From assembly GCA_016214565.1 (NCBI GenBank), contig JACROE010000002.1, positions 119,654-183,653 of the forward strand: a stretch of DNA of 64,000 nt, read 5' to 3'. This DNA is from Candidatus Kerfeldbacteria bacterium (GTDB taxonomy: Bacteria > Patescibacteriota > Patescibacteriia > UBA10025 > JAHIVO01). The notes below the pieces were generated by a model, which saw only the letters and a program-made list of their open reading frames with translations, was not told the origin of the DNA and made no database searches. Position numbers and translations under genes: made by a program. Position 1 is the stretch's first letter. Every line of letters begins with the position of its first letter. Positions 57,681-64,000 of the stretch are shown piece after piece.

Positions 57681-58229
57681 TTAAGCTTGATTCTTTTTAA
57701 AGGGTATTCCCATTGCTGTCAATAACGCCAGTCCTTCCGCTTTTGTTTTGGCGCTAGTAGTGATAATTACCTGCAAACCATGAATTGACTCTACCTCATC
57801 AGATCGAATTTCCGGAAAAACAGTGTGTTCCTTGAAGCCGATGGTGAGGTTACCACTGGGATCGACGCTCTTCGGATCAATCCCCTGGAAGTCACGAACA
57901 CGAGGCAGTGCAATATTAATTAATTTCTCAAGGAAATGATACATTCGTTTTCCGCGCAATGTGACTGCCACACCAACCACGAGTCCCTCGCGAATCTTAA
58001 ATGCAGAAATTGACTGGCGTGCCTTAGTGCGAATAGGGCGCTGGCCGGAAATGCGCGTTAAGGTATTCACCACTACTTCAAGTAATTTTTCGTTCACGAG
58101 CGCCTTACCAGTACCGCTATTGAGCGTAACCTTGGTCACTCGAGGTACTTGCAGATTATTGGTAAAACCAAATTGCTTCCGCAATTCCGGTACAATTTGA
58201 GTTCGATATTGTTCAAGTAGTGATTTCAT
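57681..58229 (-). CDS. rplE: 50S ribosomal protein L5
   Basis: Start MKSLLEQY...; the ORF-track N-terminal extension rejected. Confidence 0.92.
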   Translation of the reverse strand: MKSLLEQYRTQIVPELRKQFGFTNNLQVPRVTKVTLNSGTGKALVNEKLLEVVVNTLTRISGQRPIRTKARQSISAFKIREGLVVGVAVTLRGKRMYHFLEKLINIALPRVRDFQGIDPKSVDPSGNLTIGFKEHTVFPEIRSDEVESIHGLQVIITTSAKTKAEGLALLTAMGIPFKKNQA

Positions 58230-58239
58230 GATGTCGTTA

Positions 58240-58545
58240 TTAAGAGGCCTTAGTCGGTGATACTGGTTTTGCAGCCTTGGCTGACGGTTTCTTGGCAGTC
58301 GTGACCGCAGCCGCTTCAGTCGTAGTGCGCTGCACATTAGAAATATGGATCGGGGCGTTATAGCGAACCACTTGACCCTTCTGGCCTTGCTGTTTCGGCC
58401 GAACATTCTTCACGGTCATATTAACGCCTTCAACCACAACCTTGTTCAATAAAGGAAAAACTTGAAGCACTTTTGCTTTCTTACCGCGGTCTTTCCCAGT
58501 AAGAATGCGTACCATATCACCTTTTTTTACATGCATCTTCGCCAT
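58240..58545 (-). CDS. rplX: 50S ribosomal protein L24
   Basis: KOW motif. Confidence 0.9.
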   Translation of the reverse strand: MAKMHVKKGDMVRILTGKDRGKKAKVLQVFPLLNKVVVEGVNMTVKNVRPKQQGQKGQVVRYNAPIHISNVQRTTTEAAAVTTAKKPSAKAAKPVSPTKAS

Positions 58546-58549
58546 ATGT

Positions 58550-58921
58550 TTAGAGTACTTCAGGGGCTAATGAAATAATTTTCATAAATCCTTTGGTGCG
58601 CAACTCACGAGCGACTGGCCCAAAAATACGACTGCCTCGAGGCTCTTTAGTCTTCATGTCTATGATAACACCAGCATTTTCATCGAACCGGATGTAGGAA
58701 CCGTCCGGACGGCGTAATTCTTTGCGCTGCCGAACAATCACCATATGTACCACTTCGCCTTTTTTGACCATTGCGTGAGGCACTGCCTCCTTAATGCTAA
58801 CCGTAACAATATCGCCGATGCGGGCATAGCGCTTTTTATAGCCGCCCAACGCTCGAATAACGGCGACTCGCTTCGCACCTGTGTTATCGGCTACTTTTAA
58901 TATTGTTCGTAATTGAATCAT
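58550..58921 (-). CDS. rplN: 50S ribosomal protein L14
   Basis: [17 protein letters not shown]. Confidence 0.95.
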   Translation of the reverse strand: MIQLRTILKVADNTGAKRVAVIRALGGYKKRYARIGDIVTVSIKEAVPHAMVKKGEVVHMVIVRQRKELRRPDGSYIRFDENAGVIIDMKTKEPRGSRIFGPVARELRTKGFMKIISLAPEVL

Positions 58922-58935
58922 ACAAATACAACGGC

Positions 58936-59178
58936 CTAGTTCAATTTAGTTAAAACTTTCCAGCGCTTATCTCGGCTTAATGGGCGCGTTTCTACAAACT
59001 CAACCCGGTCCCCAACGTGAAATTCGTTTTTCGGATCGTGTACTTTGAAGGTGTTGCGGGTCATATACTGCTTGCGGTATTTCGGATCACGTTTGACTGT
59101 TTCAACTGAAACCACGATGGTTTTATCCATTTTGTCACTCATGACCACACCGATAAATGTTCGCTTTGTTCGTGCCAT
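58936..59178 (-). CDS. rpsQ: 30S ribosomal protein S17
   Basis: S17 OB fold. Confidence 0.9.
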   Translation of the reverse strand: MARTKRTFIGVVMSDKMDKTIVVSVETVKRDPKYRKQYMTRNTFKVHDPKNEFHVGDRVEFVETRPLSRDKRWKVLTKLN

Positions 59179-59181
59179 ATA

Positions 59182-59418
59182 TTATTTCTTAGGAGTAGAC
59201 GTCTGCGAATGAACGCGCTGGTAATCGGCGATTACACGTTTTTCTTTCAATACCGAGAGGATGCGGGCAATCGACTTCTTGGCGTCTCGGATTTCGCGCA
59301 CATCTTTGTGCTGCTTATTAGCAATGCGGAATCGCAAATCGCGAACCAGCTCACGCTGCGTTTTCACGAGCAACTGCAATTCTGATTCTGATTTTTTGCG
59401 CAATTCTGCAATGTCCAT
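59182..59418 (-). CDS. rpmC: 50S ribosomal protein L29
   Basis: L29 helix pattern. Confidence 0.85.
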   Translation of the reverse strand: MDIAELRKKSESELQLLVKTQRELVRDLRFRIANKQHKDVREIRDAKKSIARILSVLKEKRVIADYQRVHSQTSTPKK

Positions 59419-59420
59419 AA

Positions 59421-59828
59421 TTATACTTTAGTAACGAGTTTAGTGCGCACTGGCAATTTATGAGCCGCCAAACGAAACGCTTCTTTGACAACTGATTCAT
59501 CAACGCCATCCATCTCAAAAAGAACGGTACCTGGTTTCACCACTGCAACATAATGGTCCACGCTCCCCTTGCCGCCACCCATACGCACTTCAGAACCGTG
59601 ATTGGTGATAGGCTTATCGGGAAAAATACGAATCCATACTTTGCCACCTTTTTGGATATAACGAGTCATGGCACGGCGAGCTGATTCGATTTGCCGGGAG
59701 GTCACCCAGCCGCGACCCATTGATTTGAGGCCATAGCTACCAAAAGCAACTGAATTGCCCGACATAGCCCGCCCGTACATGCGGCCTTTCTGCCATTTTC
59801 GATGTTTAACTTTTTTTGGAATTAACAT
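59421..59828 (-). CDS. rplP: 50S ribosomal protein L16
   Basis: [16 protein letters not shown]. Confidence 0.93.
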   Translation of the reverse strand: MLIPKKVKHRKWQKGRMYGRAMSGNSVAFGSYGLKSMGRGWVTSRQIESARRAMTRYIQKGGKVWIRIFPDKPITNHGSEVRMGGGKGSVDHYVAVVKPGTVLFEMDGVDESVVKEAFRLAAHKLPVRTKLVTKV

Positions 59829-59834
59829 AATGGT

Positions 59835-60494
59835 TTAGCTGTTTGCCTGATTAACATCTTTCTCAAAAACTTCTCCTTTATAGATCCAGACTTTGACACC
59901 AATCATGCCATAGGTAGTATGAGCGGCGCCACGAGAGTAATCAATGTCAGCGCGAAGCGTGTGCAATGGCACTGATCCTTGGCCAAACTTTTCATCTCGA
60001 GCAATTTCTGCACCATTCAAACGGCCTTTGATAATTATTTTGACGCCCTTTGCGCCAGCCTGCATCACTTGCTCAATGGCGCGCTTGCCAGCACGGCGGA
60101 AAGGAATGCGCTTCTCCAGCTGTTCGATAATATTATAGGTGACTAACTGCGCATCAAGGAATGGGTGGGTAACTTCATGAATATTCAAAGTAACTTTAGT
60201 ATTCTTATTAAGAAATTTTTTCTGGATCTCTTTCTTTAATTCTTCTGCGCCAGTACCGCCACGACCAATCACCACTCCCGGTTTTGAGGTATGCACATTG
60301 ACCGTAATACCGCTAGCCGATCGCTCAATAGTGGTTTCGGCAATTCCTGCCTCACGCAACTTTTTGAGGAGGTATTTGCGAATCTTCACATCTTGCTCAA
60401 GCTGCATGCGATAATCCTTGCGGGAAAACCATTTTGATTTCCAGCCGTGTAAGATGCCGATTCGAAATGCTCGTGGATGTACTTTCTGTCCCAT
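59835..60494 (-). CDS. rpsC: 30S ribosomal protein S3
   Basis: Start [13 protein letters not shown] with SD GGAGA; the ORF-track 5' extension rejected. Confidence 0.93.
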   Translation of the reverse strand: MGQKVHPRAFRIGILHGWKSKWFSRKDYRMQLEQDVKIRKYLLKKLREAGIAETTIERSASGITVNVHTSKPGVVIGRGGTGAEELKKEIQKKFLNKNTKVTLNIHEVTHPFLDAQLVTYNIIEQLEKRIPFRRAGKRAIEQVMQAGAKGVKIIIKGRLNGAEIARDEKFGQGSVPLHTLRADIDYSRGAAHTTYGMIGVKVWIYKGEVFEKDVNQANS

Positions 60495-60495
60495 A

Positions 60496-61050
60496 TTAGT
60501 TTTCTCCTGAACGTCGGTTAAATGTTTCTTTACCCGCCGGTGCCGCACGACGATGTTCCGGAGCAACTTCTGAAGCGCTATCATCGGCATGGTCAGTAGA
60601 GCGACCTTTGCTGGTATGTTTAATATCTTTATAATCAACCACTGGTCGGTCTGCCTTATTCACTTTTGCTGGTTTTTCTTTTTTTGTCGCCCCTTTTGGC
60701 TTGCGGGCTGTACTTGGGGTCACTTCATCCAGTACTAATGTGATATGCGCAGATCGCTTGCGAATTTCAGCCGCACGGCCGAAAGCTCGCGGACGGTAAC
60801 GCTTCAATACCGGACCCTGGTCAACAAAAACGCTTTTTACAAATAGATTCTCCTTTTTCAACTTATTATTATTTTCCGCATTAGCTATGGCTGACTTGAG
60901 CAATTTAAGAATCGGCAGAGCGGCGTCACGGGACATATACTGCAATTGATACTCGGCGTCCTCAACTTTCAAACGACGAATCAAATCCACAACACTGCGG
61001 ACTTTTCGAGGGGCCATGCGGAGAAATCGTAATCGTGCTCGAACTTCCAT
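60496..61050 (-). CDS. rplV: 50S ribosomal protein L22 with about 65-aa K/R-rich C-terminal extension
   Basis: L22 core ([16 protein letters not shown]...) plus a basic low-complexity tail. Confidence 0.85.
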   Translation of the reverse strand: MEVRARLRFLRMAPRKVRSVVDLIRRLKVEDAEYQLQYMSRDAALPILKLLKSAIANAENNNKLKKENLFVKSVFVDQGPVLKRYRPRAFGRAAEIRKRSAHITLVLDEVTPSTARKPKGATKKEKPAKVNKADRPVVDYKDIKHTSKGRSTDHADDSASEVAPEHRRAAPAGKETFNRRSGEN

Positions 61051-61056
61051 AATTGA

Positions 61057-61386
61057 TTATTTAGCTGGCGTCGGAGCTGGGGCAGCTGGTTTCTGAGCTG
61101 CTGCAGCGGCCGCTTCTTGTTCTTTTTGCATTCGACCACCATGGGCGACAAATTTGCGCGTTGGAGCAAATTCGCCCAATCGATGACCTACCATATCTTC
61201 AACGACATTGACCGGAAGATGTGTTTTACCATTATGCACTCCAAAGGTAAAGCCTACCATCGCTGGTGTAATAACTGATGAGCGCGACCATGTCTTAATC
61301 ACGGTTTTATCACCAATACGAACTTTTTCTAATTTCTTGATGAGATTTGGATCGGTAAACGGTCCTTTTTTAAGGCTGCGTGACAT
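61057..61386 (-). CDS. rpsS: 30S ribosomal protein S19 with Ala/Pro-rich C-terminal tail
   Basis: S19 core plus [19 protein letters not shown] tail. Confidence 0.92.
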   Translation of the reverse strand: MSRSLKKGPFTDPNLIKKLEKVRIGDKTVIKTWSRSSVITPAMVGFTFGVHNGKTHLPVNVVEDMVGHRLGEFAPTRKFVAHGGRMQKEQEAAAAAAQKPAAPAPTPAK

Positions 61387-61395
61387 ATATGTTGA

Positions 61396-62229
61396 TTATC
61401 CGCGACGGCGCTTAATAATAAACTTATCTGATTGATGATGGCTGCGGCGGGTTTTGACGCCATGTGCCGGCTTGCCCCATTTTGTCTTTGGATGTTTCAA
61501 ACCAATTGGGCTATGACCTTCACCACCACCATGTGGGTGATCAACGGGGTTCATAGATTTACCGGTCACAGACGGTTTTACACCGCGCCAGCGGGTCTTA
61601 CCAGCTTTGCCGACACGAACATTAGCGTGATCAATATTTGAAACTTGGCCAATAGTTGCCATACATTCTTTAACAAACATGCGGATCTCACCAGAGGGTA
61701 ATTTAACCTGTGCAAACGGTCCCTCCACCGATTGGATCAAGGCGCTGGATCCAGCAGAACGGACAATAGTGGCTTTACTCTCAGGTTTAAATTGCAAATC
61801 ATGCACCATTACGCCAACCGGAATTTTATCCAACGGCAATCGATTGCCAGTTTTAATTTCCGCTTTAGTCTTAGAGGAGACGACGGTATCCCCTGCTTTC
61901 AATCCCGTCGGGGCGATGATGTACCGTTTTTCTCCATCACCATATTCAACTAGCGCAATCCAGGCAGTACGATTCGGATCGTATTCAATAGCACGTACGG
62001 TGGCAACCTGATCAAATCGCTCGCGCAGACTATCAATAATTCGATAAAATTTCTTATGGCCGCCCCCATGGTGACGTACGGTAATTTTACCCTGGGCATT
62101 TCGGCCTGCACGACGGCGCTTCGGTTCGATCAACGATTTTTCCGGACGCTTCTTGGACAGCTCAGAATAATCTACCACTGAGGCAAAGCGGCGACCGGGC
62201 GTTGTTGGTTTGTAAGAATGAATTCCCAT
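61396..62229 (-). CDS. rplB: 50S ribosomal protein L2
   Basis: HPHGGGEG motif. Confidence 0.95.
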   Translation of the reverse strand: MGIHSYKPTTPGRRFASVVDYSELSKKRPEKSLIEPKRRRAGRNAQGKITVRHHGGGHKKFYRIIDSLRERFDQVATVRAIEYDPNRTAWIALVEYGDGEKRYIIAPTGLKAGDTVVSSKTKAEIKTGNRLPLDKIPVGVMVHDLQFKPESKATIVRSAGSSALIQSVEGPFAQVKLPSGEIRMFVKECMATIGQVSNIDHANVRVGKAGKTRWRGVKPSVTGKSMNPVDHPHGGGEGHSPIGLKHPKTKWGKPAHGVKTRRSHHQSDKFIIKRRRG

Positions 62230-62238
62230 GGAAGTAGA

Positions 62239-62733
62239 TTATAGTCCTTCTTGAATTTCAATTTTCTGGCCTTCGGGCAAACTAACAATAGCTTTTTTCC
62301 AATTCTTTGTTCGTCCTTGGGTTTTGCCATAGCGCACTGATTTCCCCATTACCGTCACGATGCGTACCTTAACTGGATCAACGCCGTACACCGCTCGGAT
62401 CGCTTTCTTTACTTCAATTTTGTTGGTGCGAAGGGCGACAGCGAACATATATTGATTGTAGGCGCCAAGATACGAGCCTTTTTCAGTAATCAACGGATGA
62501 AGTAATACTCGGTATGCTTGTCCAGTATCCGATTTCTTTCCCTTGGCTTCAGTCGCTTTTTTTTCTTTGGTGCCCGTCGTTTTCTTCGCATCGCTCGCCT
62601 GAGCTACTGCCGAAGATGATTTCTCGGACAGCACAGCAGAACGACGGCTCGCCGTATCCTTTTTTTCAGACGAGACCGCTGTGTCAGCGGGCTTGTCGGA
62701 TTTCTTCCGTTTAAGTGAATCGAATAATCCCAT
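62239..62733 (-). CDS. rplW: 50S ribosomal protein L23 with about 80-aa Lys/Ser-rich N-terminal extension
   Basis: L23 core at the C-terminus (YRVLLHPLITEK...), N-terminal low-complexity extension. Confidence 0.8.
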   Translation of the reverse strand: MGLFDSLKRKKSDKPADTAVSSEKKDTASRRSAVLSEKSSSAVAQASDAKKTTGTKEKKATEAKGKKSDTGQAYRVLLHPLITEKGSYLGAYNQYMFAVALRTNKIEVKKAIRAVYGVDPVKVRIVTVMGKSVRYGKTQGRTKNWKKAIVSLPEGQKIEIQEGL

Positions 62734-62735
62734 AA

Positions 62736-63365
62736 TTATGCGAGTAACGTTTTGCTAATAACCTCGAGGCTTGCTTTCGGCATGACCAATGTCTCATGAC
62801 CAAGCACCGCTTCGGTGTTCAGACTGTTTGCTTGAATAGTCGTAATCTGAGGTATATTACGTGCTGATTTGATAACGGTAGTCTGAACCGAAGGGAGTGC
62901 GAGCAAAGTATGCTTCCCTACCGGCAACTTTTTCAGCAATGCAGCAATTGTCTTGGTCTTAATTTCTGATAATTCTAATGATTCCAATATAATAATTTTC
63001 TTTTCTTGTGCTTTATCAGAAAGCGTCATGCACAGTGCTTTGCGGCGGGCTTTCCGATTCATCTTCAATGTAAAGTTTCGTTCTTTTGTCGGACCAAAGG
63101 TTACGCCACCGCCCGACCATAACGGTGATCGGATTGAACCATGGCGAGCCCGGCCAGTGCCTTTCTGAGCCCACGGCTTTTTACCACCACCGCGTACATC
63201 TCCGCGGCCCTTGGTATGCGCAATCGCTATTCGGCGGTTTGCCTGCTGGGTACGAATCGCTTGCTGAACAACAATGGGATTAACGGCAATATCAAAAATC
63301 TTCTTTTCCAAATCAATATCACCCGTCTTTTTCCCTTCTAGATTGTATACTGGTGCTTGTGCCAT
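62736..63365 (-). CDS. rplD: 50S ribosomal protein L4
   Basis: L4 signature GGGKKPWAQKGTGRAR. Confidence 0.9.
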   Translation of the reverse strand: MAQAPVYNLEGKKTGDIDLEKKIFDIAVNPIVVQQAIRTQQANRRIAIAHTKGRGDVRGGGKKPWAQKGTGRARHGSIRSPLWSGGGVTFGPTKERNFTLKMNRKARRKALCMTLSDKAQEKKIIILESLELSEIKTKTIAALLKKLPVGKHTLLALPSVQTTVIKSARNIPQITTIQANSLNTEAVLGHETLVMPKASLEVISKTLLA

Positions 63366-63374
63366 GATTGTAAA

Positions 63375-64000
63375 TTATTTCTTTTCTTCAGCTACCGGAG
63401 CTGCGTCAGTCGGTGCGGCAGGAGTTGATGCTGGGGTCGCGGTGGTCTCGGCAACCGGTGTTGCCACTGGTTCAGCGGCCTTGGGTGCCTCAAGTTTCAT
63501 TTCGCCTTCTGCAGAAAGAAGCACTAAACCGTTACGAGCACCCGGAACTCCGCCTTTTACATACAAAAGATTATTTTCGAGATCAACGTCGACAACGGTC
63601 AGATTGTGAACAGTCACCTGCTCATCGCCCATGTGACCTCCCATACGACGCCCCTTCCAGACGCGCTGGGGTGCGGTAGAACCAATGGATCCCGGCATGC
63701 GTAATTGGTCTTTGTTACCATGCGTTGCGCGAGAACCTTTAAATCCATGTCGGCGAACCACGCCCTGAAACCCTTTACCTTTTGACACGCCGGTCACAGC
63801 GAGTTCATCGCCGGCGCTAAATGCAGCTACCGTAATTTCATCTCCCCGCTTAAGCGTGCCAGCGTCTTCCACCCTGAATTCTCGGAGAAACTGCGGCTGA
63901 ATCTTCAGATCCTTGACCTGGCCAGCCACTGGTTTGGCGAGGCGACGTCGGTGGCCATAAGCAATTTGCACAGCAGCATACCCGTCACGATCCGCAGTTT
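63375..64000 (-). CDS. rplC: 50S ribosomal protein L3 (partial; N-terminus beyond the window end), with Ala/Pro/Thr-rich C-terminal tail
   Basis: L3 core motifs (FKGSRATHG, GHMGDEQVTV) and an open frame continuing to 64000. Confidence 0.85.
   Translation of the reverse strand, partial: TADRDGYAAVQIAYGHRRRLAKPVAGQVKDLKIQPQFLREFRVEDAGTLKRGDEITVAAFSAGDELAVTGVSKGKGFQGVVRRHGFKGSRATHGNKDQLRMPGSIGSTAPQRVWKGRRMGGHMGDEQVTVHNLTVVDVDLENNLLYVKGGVPGARNGLVLLSAEGEMKLEAPKAAEPVATPVAETTATPASTPAAPTDAAPVAEEKK

Noticed and set aside
1-64000. CRISPR arrays and rRNA genes
   Set aside because: There are no runs of regularly spaced identical repeats with unique spacers. The only dispersed repeat has 1.5-4 kb spacing and variable internal sequence. 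I found no 16S or 23S conserved stretches.

Overview
The window is a 64-kb chromosomal segment at about 50% GC, densely coding and mostly on the minus strand. It looks like a Candidate Phyla Radiation (Patescibacteria-like) bacterium. The evidence is a complete L3-to-L15 ribosomal-protein cluster followed by secY, adk and map with no rpmD (L30) between rpsE and rplO. Several ribosomal proteins also carry low-complexity extensions, and there is a TrbC/VirB2-like pilin gene.

Core content, by position:
- 0.8-17.5 kb: a split heat-shock regulon (dnaJ, dnaK, and hrcA-grpE-hsp20 with a CIRCE operator).
- 34-43 kb: gap-fba-tpiA, a D-Ala-D-Ala carboxypeptidase, scpAB, and the aspS and asnS genes.
- 43-50 kb: a P-type ATPase, tRNA-Lys, and dnaB-ybaB-recR.
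- 50-64 kb: rplU, then ruvX, an MraY/WecA-family transferase, a DUF192 gene, and the ribosomal/secY cluster.

Accessory content:
- 3.3-10.3 kb: an array of small hypothetical genes, each with its own promoter and terminator.
- 11.2-12.6 kb: an AT-rich three-gene islet next to dnaK.
- 17.5-26.5 kb: a nine-gene minus-strand locus. It encodes an AbrB-family regulator, an ABC-2 exporter, and six secreted or membrane-anchored proteins. Three of these share a conserved RGF-type N-terminal anchor and one is a MEMO1-family protein.
- 27.9-31.6 kb: two proteins with C39-like peptidase domains flanking corA, and a FabH-like KAS III gene.

Other features:
- Two tRNAs: tRNA-Glu(CUC) on the minus strand and tRNA-Lys(UUU) on the plus strand.
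- A dispersed palindromic repeat of about 85-90 bp, with three full copies and one partial copy concentrated in the heat-shock locus.
- A 19-nt duplication of the tRNA-Lys 3' end, found 160 bp downstream of the tRNA.
- Several strong σ70-type promoters and rho-independent terminators.
- No CRISPR array and no rRNA gene was seen.

In the evidence fields, 'ORF track' refers to the six-frame ORF table supplied with the sequence.
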